Source: an uncultured Actinomycetes bacterium
Lineage (GTDB): Bacteria; Actinomycetota; Thermoleophilia; Gaiellales; Gaiellaceae
Direction: 5' to 3'
Length of the DNA: 40,000 nt
NCBI GenBank assembly: GCA_963765455.1
Contig: CAVXWH010000002.1
Location: 430,893-470,892, forward strand
Shown: positions 10,703 to 20,430 of the stretch, in pieces
How the letters are laid out: each line of letters begins with the position of its first letter
How positions within the stretch are numbered: the stretch's first letter is position 1
Notes under the pieces: model-generated
Databases searched by the model: none
Seen by the model: only the letters and a program-made list of their open reading frames with translations
What the model was told of the DNA's origin: nothing
Program-made: the position numbers and the translations under genes

Positions 10703-13514
10703 CCCCAAGCTTGTCGATCGTGCACTTTCTGAGGCTACGAAGCGAGCCGAGAACCTCGATTTCTTCTTCGACAACTTAAAATCGTCGGATTGGATTGAGC
10801 CCCTTCGCGCGAAAGGCTTGTTTTCGGAACCTCCTCGGCAGTACGTCGATGATGAGAGGCTTGTCCGTGCTCCCTCTTGGTCGGCGTCTCGCTATCTCGC
10901 ACGAGTCTCAGCAGTTGCGCCTCAGCTTGTGCTTGAGGTCATCGAGTCGACCGAGACCAATAACGAGCGGGTTCTAGAGGACTTCATTGATGCTGCTGTC
11001 GTAATGCCCCCCGAAGAGGCGTCGCGCATTGCCGTACTCGTAGCGGCGTGGGTTAGCGAACGCGACAATGTCTATTACGGACTCCCGAGTAAGATTGTCG
11101 ATCTAGTCGTCAAGCTAGCCCGCGACGGCCAGCCTGAAGTGGGCATTCGCCTCATGCGTTCTCTCTTCGCGCCCCAGCCCGATGAGCGCGAGCAAGTTTT
11201 ACGCTCGAGCCCGCGGGCTCGTTTTTCGGGATGGGAATATGACACTCGTCTGCGCAAGATAGTGAGCGAGGCGCTTCCGATCGCGCCGAGCTTGTTTCTC
11301 GATGCACTTGCCGAGCTACTCGCAGATGCGCTCAAGTACCTGCGTGAAATCTCCGACCGCGATAACGATGATCTTTCGCGCGTCTGGCGCGTTCACATTA
11401 GAAACGATCGTGACAGGGGAACGGAAGTCGAGGAGGCGCTTACGTCAGCTGTCCGAGACGCGGCAACCGAGATTCGGACTCGGGAGCTTATGAACGACTT
11501 CGATTTGGTAGCGCTGTTGACCGCTCGACCGGAGGAGCTATTCCGACGTATTGCAATGTACGCACTGAGCCAAGAGCCAATGGCTGACCTCGACGTGGTG
11601 TTACCGTTCGTGGTGGACGTCTCCGAGCTTATTGAGGCAGAGCCGAGCCCGGAGTTCCGCGAACTACTCAGAGCGACAGCCGAGCGACTGGATTCCGACC
11701 ATATCGAGCACCTCGTTACGGCGATCTTCGCCGGACCCGATGTCGATCAGTACCGCGAACTTGCGAAGCACTTCGATGGGGTGTGGCCCACAGACGAACA
11801 GACGAGCGCACATGTCGCACGGTGGAGGATCGGACGTCTCGCATTGATCAAGGACGCGCTGCCAGCTGAAACGCGAAGCACGTACGACGCTCTTGTTGCG
11901 GAATATGGTGAAGCTGACATCCCGCTGAGCTGGGAGATTCGTACTTTCAGTGGTCCAAACAGCCCTATCTCTGCCGACGAGCTCAGCGCGATGTCGAACG
12001 ACGAACTGATCTGCTACCTGCGCGACTGGAAACAACCTGAGGGGTTTGGAGAACCATCTGTTGAAGGGCTCGCGCGAGCGATGTCAGTCGTTGCCGAGAG
12101 GGATCCGATGCGTATTAGCCGTCTGGCACCGAGGCTGCGCGACCTCCGGCCGGCATACGTCCAGTGGATTCTTAATGGCTTCGAAGGAGCGATCAGAGAA
12201 CAGCGCAGCTTTGACTGGCCGACGCTTCTCGACATCCTTACTTGGATTGCTGAGCAGCCGCGCGAGATTCCGGGCGGGCGCGGTGACGAATACAGCGATA
12301 TCGATCCCGGCTGGGTTTGGGCGAGGCGCGAAATCGCCGGCCTCCTCGAACGCGGACTCAGCGATCGAGGCGCGTGCGCCATTCCGTTTTCGGAGCGAGA
12401 GCGCGTATGGAATGTAATCACCGCGGTGAGCGAGGATCCCGATCCGACTCCAGAGCATGAGCAGCAGTACGGAGGCCAGAACATGGACCCCGCGACGCTC
12501 GCGCTCAACACTGCACGCCCTCGCGGTCTACGTGCGGCAGTTGCGTATTCGATCTGGGTTTATCACGCGTTGCTTGGAGAGGATGAGCGCTCGATCGGAG
12601 GTTTCTTCGCGGCTCATGCGCCCGAGGCTGCGGTTCTTCTCGAGGCGCATCTCGATCCCCAAGGTGACCCATCGACTTCAGTGCGTGCTGTCTATGGGCA
12701 GTTCTTTGCCAATCTCTTCGCCGTCGATCGGGCTTGGGCGAAAAAGGTTGCCGAAACCGTGTTCCCGGACGAAGACTCAGCGCTTCGTGAAGCAGCTTGG
12801 GGTGCATACGTGATCTACACACGGCCGTACGATGACTTACTGGCCCTGCTCTGTCCTGCGTACCTACGTGCAGCCCAACACGCTCGATCTGACGGTCATG
12901 GCTTCCGATGGATGAACGGCATCCCATCGGAGAAGCTGGGCGAGCACGTCGCAGCCTTTTTTTGGCGCGGTTTGCTCAATATCGACGACCCCCTGATAAG
13001 CGTCTACTGGAACAACGCGTCCGCCGACGCTCGCGGTCACATGATCGAGTTCTTCGGGCGTTCGCTACGCGAAGCGGAGCAGCTCGATCCTGAGATCGAG
13101 AAGAGGCTTCGGGAGTTCTGGGAATTCGCGAAGCGGAACGTACGAAAGGGCGATGTCCCTACTGAGCTCGGCAGCTTTTGTTGGTGGTTCGTTGGAGACA
13201 CGCTTCCACTCGACTGGCGATTCGAGCAGATGATCATAGTGCTGAGCGAGAAAGTTCAGCCACGCGCCGCTTTTCTCGTTGCCGAGAAGCTACCGTCAGT
13301 GGCTCAACAACACCCTCTGCTCGCTGTTCGAGTTCTTCGCCTTTTGCTTCAAGATGCGGAGGTATGGTCGGTAGACGCGTGGCGCAAGGAAATCGAGTCG
13401 GTGCTCCGCATCGCCTACTCCGCCAACGGGGAGGCGCGTGATCTTGCCGAGGAGACGCTGAACTGGCTACTTGCGCTGGGCCACCGGTCTTTCCGTAACG
13501 TGGTCGAGGCTTGA
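10692..13514 (+). CDS. Large (940 aa) predicted all-alpha repeat (HEAT/ARM-like) protein of unknown function
   Basis: Long uninterrupted ORF with Leu/Ala/Glu/Arg-rich helical character throughout. I see no P-loop, nuclease or other catalytic motif. It overlaps the 195-aa gene. Confidence 0.7.
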   Translation: MALDPKLVDRALSEATKRAENLDFFFDNLKSSDWIEPLRAKGLFSEPPRQYVDDERLVRAPSWSASRYLARVSAVAPQLVLEVIESTETNNERVLEDFIDAAVVMPPEEASRIAVLVAAWVSERDNVYYGLPSKIVDLVVKLARDGQPEVGIRLMRSLFAPQPDEREQVLRSSPRARFSGWEYDTRLRKIVSEALPIAPSLFLDALAELLADALKYLREISDRDNDDLSRVWRVHIRNDRDRGTEVEEALTSAVRDAATEIRTRELMNDFDLVALLTARPEELFRRIAMYALSQEPMADLDVVLPFVVDVSELIEAEPSPEFRELLRATAERLDSDHIEHLVTAIFAGPDVDQYRELAKHFDGVWPTDEQTSAHVARWRIGRLALIKDALPAETRSTYDALVAEYGEADIPLSWEIRTFSGPNSPISADELSAMSNDELICYLRDWKQPEGFGEPSVEGLARAMSVVAERDPMRISRLAPRLRDLRPAYVQWILNGFEGAIREQRSFDWPTLLDILTWIAEQPREIPGGRGDEYSDIDPGWVWARREIAGLLERGLSDRGACAIPFSERERVWNVITAVSEDPDPTPEHEQQYGGQNMDPATLALNTARPRGLRAAVAYSIWVYHALLGEDERSIGGFFAAHAPEAAVLLEAHLDPQGDPSTSVRAVYGQFFANLFAVDRAWAKKVAETVFPDEDSALREAAWGAYVIYTRPYDDLLALLCPAYLRAAQHARSDGHGFRWMNGIPSEKLGEHVAAFFWRGLLNIDDPLISVYWNNASADARGHMIEFFGRSLREAEQLDPEIEKRLREFWEFAKRNVRKGDVPTELGSFCWWFVGDTLPLDWRFEQMIIVLSEKVQPRAAFLVAEKLPSVAQQHPLLAVRVLRLLLQDAEVWSVDAWRKEIESVLRIAYSANGEARDLAEETLNWLLALGHRSFRNVVEA

Positions 13515-13528
13515 ACGTGAACAAATCG

Positions 13529-16500
13529 TCACTGGTCATGCTCCTCTAGCCGAGTCCACTTGTGCCTCGCAGCGAGCCTCGTAAGGCAGCCGCGGGCACG
13601 CGCGTGCGGCCTCGCCCCCGCGCGAATGCGTGTCAACGTGCTCGGACTAATCCCAGCCTCGGCCGCCGTCTCCCGAACGTTCATCTCGCGCAGCACCGGC
13701 AATATGAGCGTCTCCCACTCCTCGTCGAACACGTTCCGATATTCGACTAGCACATCTCCTTCGCCGGCAATCAAGCCCGCCGCGACCTCCTCGATCAGGT
13801 TCGCCTCCTTTCCGACGTGCGTGATCGAGAGCGCGCGAACCGGTCGACGCGAGAGCAGCCCTATCGTCCGACGCCCGCACCGCTGCCCGTCTAGGGCGAG
13901 GCTCTTCGCCTCCGGCCGCACGCGATAAGCATCGAGTACGTCTCGATATGTCTTCACGCCGACGACGTCGGGCGGAAGCGCGATCCCACCCGTCTCGATC
14001 GGCGAGCGGCCGAGCCGGTATGTAGGCCCCGATGGGTCGTAGACGTTCCGCCAGGGAAGATGCTGCCATCGGCGCGGATCGGGCTCATAGGGAGCAACTA
14101 ACGCGAACCTTTTCGGATCGGTGCCGATCGGATAACCGCCTGGAGCCACGTGGGCCACGAGCAGGAATCCGTGCGGCTTGATCTGCTCGGCGTACGTCTT
14201 GCTCTCGTTCAGTCCCTTGAAGGGTCGAAGCAGGCGCGGATGCGAGGCCGAAAACTGCGAGAGCGCCGGTCGATCCAGCCAGGGCGCATCTCTCGAAGGA
14301 AAACCGAAGACGTCCGTGCGCACGATTTCCTCCCACACATCCCGCGTCCAGTCGCGTTTTCCACGCCTCTGATCCTCTTTGTCGGGATCGAGCGGATTCA
14401 GGTAGAAGCCACCCAGCGCGTGCTCCGACCACTTGACGAGCTTCGGAGCGCAGGACGAATCGAGCGTGTAGAGGCAGTAGCGCTTGGCGCTAATCGCGAA
14501 GCAGACGAGCTCGCGCTGCTCGCCGGTCTCGGGATCGAAGTTCTCGGGCTCAGCTCTCAAGATCGAGCCGGGCACAAGTGAGCGGTCATAGGGATTGAGC
14601 GCCCCGAAACGCTCCGAGATTCGACCGACCTCTTCCCAGGGAAGCGCGCGAACACATTCCTGCCCCTGCCGATCGATCTCGGGTCCGCCTGCGCAGGGAA
14701 CGAGCCCACCCTCTTTCGTTGACACGATCGCCATCGAGTCGGTGTCGCAGAAGGCGTAAGTACCGCCCGCCTCAGTCACGGAGCATTCGAGCAGGGCCAG
14801 CATTAGCCGCGCAGCTCCGGTGACGAAAGCGGCAATGGGCGAGAAGAAAAACTCCCCGGAATCCTCTACCGCTGACACCTCCGCTTCGAACTGATCGAGC
14901 CCGAAGACAGTGACCGGTGATGGCTCAGCCCGCGATTCCTGGCGATTCAGTTCGGCGAAGATGCCGTAGGAGCCCGAGTTCGCGACCGTCTTGAGGCCAT
15001 TCGCGGATCTCTCGGACTCTGGGTCGCCGAGTTGCTCGAGCCGGCGGCGCTCCTCGACCATCGCCCGGAAGACATCCTCTGTCGTTGGATCGATCGCTCT
15101 CGAGCCGCGGACGGTGAAGGGACGGATACCTGCCGCGCGCCCAACCGGCGCCAGCCGAATGCAGCGGAGGATCTTGGGCGTTTTCCCTGTGACGACGCGT
15201 GAGGTAAGCACGTCTGCGAGCGTCAGCCAGACCGGCTTGCCCGAAAAGAACGGATTGACGCCGATCCCGTAGGAGCCGCCCTCTGAGTAGCGGGCGCGCA
15301 CCGGGAGGATGTCGCCGTTCGGCTGGACGAGAACGAGCGCCGTCAGCCTTGGCCAGAGTCGCTGATCGAAGCAACTACCCAGGCTCTGCCGGAAAAGCCA
15401 GCGCTCGATCGTTACCGGGTCTTCTTCGGCGACCTTGACCCGCGCGCAGATGAGAAAGCGAGAGAGCTTCATCAGTGCGCAGACGGTCGGGTACATGCTG
15501 CGGAAGTCGAGCAGCGTAATCGGAACCGGGGTCCTCCTGATTCGACACTCGGCGCGGCCACCGAAGTAGGCGACCATGCCGTACCCGAGCACCTCCCGAG
15601 AGAAGCTCGGTTGGCGTGCAAGAAGAGGTCGGATTCCGGTCTCTCGTAGAGTTGCCTTGACGAGACTTGCCGGCGAGTAGGTCCTGGTCGGGGCTAGCTG
15701 CAGGTGCCAGCGCTCGTACTCGGTCGCGAGCGCCTGGTAGAGAGAGGCCGTCGCCGCCACATCCTCGCAGCAGTAGTCGACCAGCTCGGTGCTGATTCGT
15801 CCCAGTTCGACCTCACGCTTGACGTAGTCGATACCGAAGGCTCCACAGGCCGATTCAAGCGTGTGCGCCTTGCCGCTCAGCGCATAGGAAAGCGTACGCA
15901 GATCGAGGAACGCTCCCCGACCGCGACGCTTGGCATCGGGATCCGAGCCCGGCCGAGCGCTTCCGAGCCCGATGCGAGCACGCTTGGAGTCGAGCGAGCG
16001 GATGAGCAGCCGCGGGTGAAAGCGGCTCTCGCGCTCGTCGCCATGCTCGTCTGTCCACATCACGCTCTTAAGTGAGAAGCCGCCCTCGAAGCCTCGCGCA
16101 CGCGTCTCTCCCCAGCCGGCGGCGAGCCGGGAAAGGTCGAAGGGCAGGTTGAAGCCAACGACCGTCGCCTTTGCGCTCAGAGCTGGGATCAGGACTTTCG
16201 AGACGAGGGCTGAGCGACTGCGAAGCGAGAAGGCACGACCGGAGTCACGCACGTTTCTGTCGATCGCTGACTCGTGCTCTTCGACGTAGCGCTCGAGCAG
16301 AGCGAGTCCGTTCGGGTCGAGCGTCGGGAGGTCGTCTCCGTAGACGAGGCCCTCATCGACGCAGACAAGCTCTGGCCCAACCTCGCTCCAGCGCAAGCGG
16401 ACGTAGCGGTAGCAGGCAACGAGGAGTCTCTGTGCCGGGTCTATCGTCGTCTCGCAGTCGAGCACGAGAATCGAGTGCGGCCGGCGGGCGGGATCCTCCC

Positions 16501-16621
16501 GGCGCCTTCGCTTCTGAGCCAGCTTGCCTTTGGCGGGCTTGCGCTGCGCTGGCTCCCCCTGAGCTTTGGGAACGGCGTAGGCACGTACGGCGATCGGGAG
16601 TGAATCGGGTTCTCGGGTCAT
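13529..16621 (-). CDS. polB: Family-B DNA polymerase (1030 aa) with 3'-5' exonuclease domain and C-terminal HTH
   Basis: Exonuclease motifs: ExoI ILVLDCETT, ExoII VVGFNLPFDLSRL and ExoIII YCCEDVAATASLY. Polymerase motifs: PolA LLDFRSMYPTV, PolB KTVANSGSYGIF, PolC YAFCDTDSMAIV and the KxY region ISAKRYCLY. The C-terminus carries an HTH-like segment, RETAAEAGISPSTLTRIRAG. Confidence 0.92.
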   Translation of the reverse strand: MTREPDSLPIAVRAYAVPKAQGEPAQRKPAKGKLAQKRRRREDPARRPHSILVLDCETTIDPAQRLLVACYRYVRLRWSEVGPELVCVDEGLVYGDDLPTLDPNGLALLERYVEEHESAIDRNVRDSGRAFSLRSRSALVSKVLIPALSAKATVVGFNLPFDLSRLAAGWGETRARGFEGGFSLKSVMWTDEHGDERESRFHPRLLIRSLDSKRARIGLGSARPGSDPDAKRRGRGAFLDLRTLSYALSGKAHTLESACGAFGIDYVKREVELGRISTELVDYCCEDVAATASLYQALATEYERWHLQLAPTRTYSPASLVKATLRETGIRPLLARQPSFSREVLGYGMVAYFGGRAECRIRRTPVPITLLDFRSMYPTVCALMKLSRFLICARVKVAEEDPVTIERWLFRQSLGSCFDQRLWPRLTALVLVQPNGDILPVRARYSEGGSYGIGVNPFFSGKPVWLTLADVLTSRVVTGKTPKILRCIRLAPVGRAAGIRPFTVRGSRAIDPTTEDVFRAMVEERRRLEQLGDPESERSANGLKTVANSGSYGIFAELNRQESRAEPSPVTVFGLDQFEAEVSAVEDSGEFFFSPIAAFVTGAARLMLALLECSVTEAGGTYAFCDTDSMAIVSTKEGGLVPCAGGPEIDRQGQECVRALPWEEVGRISERFGALNPYDRSLVPGSILRAEPENFDPETGEQRELVCFAISAKRYCLYTLDSSCAPKLVKWSEHALGGFYLNPLDPDKEDQRRGKRDWTRDVWEEIVRTDVFGFPSRDAPWLDRPALSQFSASHPRLLRPFKGLNESKTYAEQIKPHGFLLVAHVAPGGYPIGTDPKRFALVAPYEPDPRRWQHLPWRNVYDPSGPTYRLGRSPIETGGIALPPDVVGVKTYRDVLDAYRVRPEAKSLALDGQRCGRRTIGLLSRRPVRALSITHVGKEANLIEEVAAGLIAGEGDVLVEYRNVFDEEWETLILPVLREMNVRETAAEAGISPSTLTRIRAGARPHARARGCLTRLAARHKWTRLEEHDQ

Positions 16622-17085
16622 GGTTTTGCCTCCGGTAGGTCTCGCCAGCTTGGGTCCTTGTGGTCGAGCGCCTCTTCGAGCGCGATCCTTTGAACCGCTT
16701 CCCGTTCTTCCGCCTCAGCGAGATCGCGGAAGAGAGCCGCACGGCTTTGACGCGCTCCCGCCTGGCGCGTGAGGACGCTACGGTCACCAGTGTGAGAGAG
16801 ATCGACGCCCTCGTCGTGTTGGTGCGCGGTTCTGATCGCGTGGCAGTTCTTGCAGAGCGGCACGACCAAGTCCGGATCGTTCGCATCGCCCGAGACGTGA
16901 TCCCCATCGATGAAGCTCCGTAGAACTGGGATCAAGACTTCGGGCGCGGTGATCCCGCAGAGGATGCAGGCAGCGTCCGGAGGTAACTTGCTTCGCTTGC
17001 GTGCACGTCGCCGATCGTTCGCTATCGGATTCGGCCCTGCGCGGCGTGAGCCCGCGGCCCGCTTGTGCGCTTGCTGGCCGCTCAT
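16618..17085 (-). CDS. HNH endonuclease
   Basis: The motif CILCG...DGDHVSGDANDPDLVVPLCKNCHAIRTAHQH is a His-Asn-His fold with flanking Cys pairs. It has ATGA overlaps with both neighbouring genes. Confidence 0.85.
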   Translation of the reverse strand: MSGQQAHKRAAGSRRAGPNPIANDRRRARKRSKLPPDAACILCGITAPEVLIPVLRSFIDGDHVSGDANDPDLVVPLCKNCHAIRTAHQHDEGVDLSHTGDRSVLTRQAGARQSRAALFRDLAEAEEREAVQRIALEEALDHKDPSWRDLPEAKP

Positions 17086-17684
17086 CTCGTCAGCTCGTAG
17101 ATGTCTTCGATCTCGAGTTCGCCGCGGCGCTCCCAGAGATCGATCGAGGCAGGATCGGTTTCAAGCTCGATTCCGGCGACCCGCTTTCCGCGCAACTTGC
17201 GCAAGCGGGAATCGTCCCCGGTCTTGAGGTAGTGACCGATCGCCGACCAGTGCTCGCCGACCATCGACGCAGCTCTGGAGCCGCGAACGCTCACTTCGTG
17301 CTCGACCCCGTCTCCGCCGAGAACGGTCATGGGGCGGAAGAGACGATCGGAGGGTTTCGCTCGGTAGCGATTTCCTGCGAAATCGAGCGCCTGGCCGGCG
17401 TGTCGAACTACGGCGCCGGGAGTCGTACCGGCTCTTCGCGCAGCTTTCGAGAGCGAGAGCCCGTCTTCGCGCATGCGGTTGAGCGCGTCCAGAGCGGCAC
17501 GTCGTGTCTCTTTCTCGATTGGACTCAGCGCCGTGAGTTGGCGAATGCCTCTAACCGGCTTCGGTGCGCGTCGCCAAGCCGACCAGGAGGAGTAGCCCTT
17601 GCGCTGCGCTAGGGCGTTTCGGTACTGCCGCTCGCTGGAGAAGGTTTGTCCGGCGAAGATGCCTTTCTTCGGAGTGAAGGTCAT
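17082..17684 (-). CDS. Hypothetical protein with a central helix-turn-helix (200 aa)
   Basis: HTH-like segment LSLSKAARRAGTTPGAVVRH. It shares ATGA start/stop overlaps with the methyltransferase upstream and the HNH gene downstream. Confidence 0.6.
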   Translation of the reverse strand: MTFTPKKGIFAGQTFSSERQYRNALAQRKGYSSWSAWRRAPKPVRGIRQLTALSPIEKETRRAALDALNRMREDGLSLSKAARRAGTTPGAVVRHAGQALDFAGNRYRAKPSDRLFRPMTVLGGDGVEHEVSVRGSRAASMVGEHWSAIGHYLKTGDDSRLRKLRGKRVAGIELETDPASIDLWERRGELEIEDIYELTR

Positions 17685-19075
17685 CGCTCGGCCCTCCCGT
17701 CCGCGCCAATGAGTGCGGCGTAGCGAGCGCGAACGAGGTCGCAGTACTTGGGCTCTAGCTCGAGCGCGTAGCAGCGCCTACCCGTCAGTTCGCAGGCGAC
17801 GAGCGTCGATCCAGCTCCGGCGAAGGGATCGATGACGATGTCACCGGGATCCGTCAGAGCTTCGATGTAGGCCTTCGGAAGCTCAACCGGGAAAACGGCT
17901 GAGTGATCCCAACGACGAGTCTCTTTACGCTCTCCCGGCAGGGCCAGGACGGAGCCGATCGGCCTGCTCGGGAGTGTGATCAAGGGCGGGCTCGTTCGAA
18001 GAGTCCCGTCTGCCTGCCGGCGAGTTGTCGTGGTGAGCTTCCCGGCGCTAGCGTTCGGGACGGTGCGAAAGAGCCGCCTAGGCTCTCGACCGAAGACGAG
18101 AAGCCACTCGTGTTGCGGCGGGAAGAAATCGTCCCGCCCGCGCGGTTGAGCGCCGCTCGCCCCCTTGTCCCAGACATTCCAGGCAAGGAAAGAGAGCCCG
18201 GCTTGCTCTGCCGCCTCGATATAGCCGTCCCAATAGCGAACGACGGAGTGATCTCTTCTGACAAGGCCAAGGTTGACGACGATTAGCTCGGCGTGCTCGG
18301 CGAAGATTGGCAAGAACTTCGCCAGGTAGTCGACCGACAGATCCTGCCCCCCGCCGAACATGCGCACGTCGAGATAAGGCGGCGATGTGAAGAGAAGCGC
18401 CGCCTTCTCTCCATCCATCAGCCGCGATGCGTCTGTAGCGCTCGTCGCGTCGCCGCAGAGTAGGCGATGCGCTCCGAGCCGATAAAGCCCGCTCGCCTTC
18501 GACGGAGGCGAGATGATTGGAGCCGCCTCAGGGGCTTGAGGCTCGAAGGCGGTGATCGGCTCACGGCAGAAGGCCTCGCGCGCAAGCCGCTCAGATACTG
18601 CCTGCCGCACGATCTCGGCCGTGAGGCGGTCGCCGTGCTCGGCGCGAAGCTCACGGCAGGTCTCGATGAGGGCGGCTTCGTTTCCTAGAAGCGGCGTCAG
18701 CTCCCGAGCCTGGCCGACGTTACTTGGACCAATTGGTCCGACTATCTCGACCACTTCCGAGGCGGCGATCGTTCGGTTTGCATGGCGCGCCGACATGCCC
18801 CAGCGCTCGCGGCAGTAAGCCTCGAAGGTCGTGTGCGTTTCTCGATACAGACGGGAGTCACGGATCTCCAGGAGCGCCCGGCCGACAACGACAAACGCTT
18901 CGAACCCCTCTTCGACGATCTGCTCTAGCTCAGTAAGACGAGAGCGCTCATCAGGCGCCAGGGGTGACTCGACTGTGGAACGAACGAGCGGCTGGGCCGG
19001 CGGAAGATCTTGGCGCTCTTCTCCCCGCTCGCTCATGCGCTGTCGCTCTTCTCGTCCAGAAGCTGCTCGAGTCAT
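17681..19075 (-). CDS. Orphan beta-class N6A/N4C DNA methyltransferase with an N-terminal DNA-binding-like domain
   Basis: Motif IV FTSPPY precedes motif I VIDPFAGAGSTLVACELTGRRCYALELEPKY, which is the permuted beta-class order. The N-terminal ~130 aa is a helical domain (LYRETHTTFEAYCRERWGMSARHANRTIAASEVV) of a kind seen fused to phage and plasmid methylases. No cognate restriction enzyme gene is nearby. Confidence 0.85.
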   Translation of the reverse strand: MTRAASGREERQRMSERGEERQDLPPAQPLVRSTVESPLAPDERSRLTELEQIVEEGFEAFVVVGRALLEIRDSRLYRETHTTFEAYCRERWGMSARHANRTIAASEVVEIVGPIGPSNVGQARELTPLLGNEAALIETCRELRAEHGDRLTAEIVRQAVSERLAREAFCREPITAFEPQAPEAAPIISPPSKASGLYRLGAHRLLCGDATSATDASRLMDGEKAALLFTSPPYLDVRMFGGGQDLSVDYLAKFLPIFAEHAELIVVNLGLVRRDHSVVRYWDGYIEAAEQAGLSFLAWNVWDKGASGAQPRGRDDFFPPQHEWLLVFGREPRRLFRTVPNASAGKLTTTTRRQADGTLRTSPPLITLPSRPIGSVLALPGERKETRRWDHSAVFPVELPKAYIEALTDPGDIVIDPFAGAGSTLVACELTGRRCYALELEPKYCDLVRARYAALIGADGRAER

Positions 19076-19220
19076 CGGAGAGTCTCCGAAGGACAGAAAC
19101 AGGCTGGAAAGCCAGTGCGGTTTCTGAAGGGTTTCTGCATGTACCCTTCAGCGTGCCTGAGAGAGAGCTATCTGTCACTGGTAGCGGAATGCAAATACGG
19201 CACGACCGGCGGTGTTGCTG

Positions 19221-19226
19221 TATAAT
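19221..19226 (+). promoter_or_regulatory. Candidate -10 box (TATAAT) in the divergent intergenic region of the element
   Basis: A perfect TATAAT lies 37 nt upstream of the ATG at 19263, in the only clearly AT-richer gap between the divergent operons (19076-19262). I found no convincing -35 box. Confidence 0.3.
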
Positions 19227-19262
19227 CAGCGTGATGCGCCGGTTGATTGCAAAGTAAATGAG

Positions 19263-20360
19263 ATGACGAGCGAGCCCCTTGAGATCGATCGACGGCTAGC
19301 CGAGGCTGCATCGGAGCTTGGCGCCGCGGTCTCAGCGCGGCAGGTCAAACGCTGGCGAGAGGCCGGGCTACTACCTACGCGAAAAAAAGGGCTGGGACAA
19401 GGGCTTGGGTCGGCTCCGGCGGAGTTCTTGCCGGGCGCGGAGAAACACGCGGCCTGCCTCGCTCAAGCACTGAAAGACCGTCGCAAGCTGGATGAGGCCT
19501 GCCTCGTCTGCTTCTGGCGGGGCTTCTCTCCCAGAGAGCGCAGGCTCAAGCTTGCGTACGCCAAGCAGTTCAGGCTCCTCTCTGATTGGCTCGAGCACGT
19601 CAGTAGCGCCTCGAGTCCTCAGGCCAAGACCCAGAAGGCTGGCCGTATACTCTCGCGCCGCTCGGCCGGCCACCCAGCGGTGCAAGCGATGCGCGCGCGG
19701 CTAAAGTCAGAAGGCAAGGGGACTCCCTTCTCCAGAGTGCTCTCCAACGCTCTCGGCCCGTTGCTCGGAATCGCGAGCCCACTCCGGCGCGAGACGCTCC
19801 TGGCTTTGGGTGCCGAGGGTCTTCTCACCCCGATCGAGGACGAAGGACCGCTCGCCGAGCCGGACGATCTCCGCCTCGATTGGCTAAAGCTGTCCCGCCT
19901 CGCCGAGGCCGTCGAGAACTCCGTGTTGACCGAGCTGGAGCAGGCGCGGGACGCCTTCCGCTTTCTCTTCTCGTTCACGATCGACTTCGCGTCTCTCGCC
20001 GCGCGAGGCTACGGCCTCAAGGTCGGTCGCCTCAGAGAGTTTCTTCCCAACGAGCTGACCTGCGCGCTCTTAGGTATCCCGACGATGCTCATCTTCCGAG
20101 CGCTCTGGGGCAAGGAGCATCTCGACAGTCGCATCGAGGAGCTTCGCCGCCTGTATCCGCAAGTTCAGGCTCAAAACCGTTTTCTCGACGCGCTTCCGAG
20201 TAAGTGGCATCCGTTCGCCGCCCCGAACGGCTCCATCCGGCTTGCCGCCGCACCCGACGACGAGCGCCAAGCGCTCGTCGAGTTCGTTCAGGAGTGGGCG
20301 GCCGAGCATCCCGAAGACGTAGCCCTAATCACTGAAACGCAAGAGGTGAACGAGACCTAG
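19263..20360 (+). CDS. Hypothetical protein with an N-terminal MerR/excisionase-like HTH
   Basis: I prefer ATG 19263 (MTSEPLEIDRR...) over the track start at 19212. The N-terminal segment VSARQVKRWREAGLLP resembles MerR/Xis-type HTHs. The rest has no recognisable motif. Confidence 0.6.
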   Translation: MTSEPLEIDRRLAEAASELGAAVSARQVKRWREAGLLPTRKKGLGQGLGSAPAEFLPGAEKHAACLAQALKDRRKLDEACLVCFWRGFSPRERRLKLAYAKQFRLLSDWLEHVSSASSPQAKTQKAGRILSRRSAGHPAVQAMRARLKSEGKGTPFSRVLSNALGPLLGIASPLRRETLLALGAEGLLTPIEDEGPLAEPDDLRLDWLKLSRLAEAVENSVLTELEQARDAFRFLFSFTIDFASLAARGYGLKVGRLREFLPNELTCALLGIPTMLIFRALWGKEHLDSRIEELRRLYPQVQAQNRFLDALPSKWHPFAAPNGSIRLAAAPDDERQALVEFVQEWAAEHPEDVALITETQEVNET

Positions 20361-20430
20361 ATAGGAACAAGAAGCCCCCGCGACTGCTCTAACAGCCCGG
20401 GGGCGTGGCACACGGAAAGGATGTTTCCGC

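Noticed and set aside
20361-20430. The hairpin GCCCCCG-(16 nt)-CGGGGGC after the 382-aa gene, considered as an intrinsic terminator.
   Set aside because: The loop is large and no U-tract follows. The downstream small ORF and Cas1 are probably co-transcribed with it.
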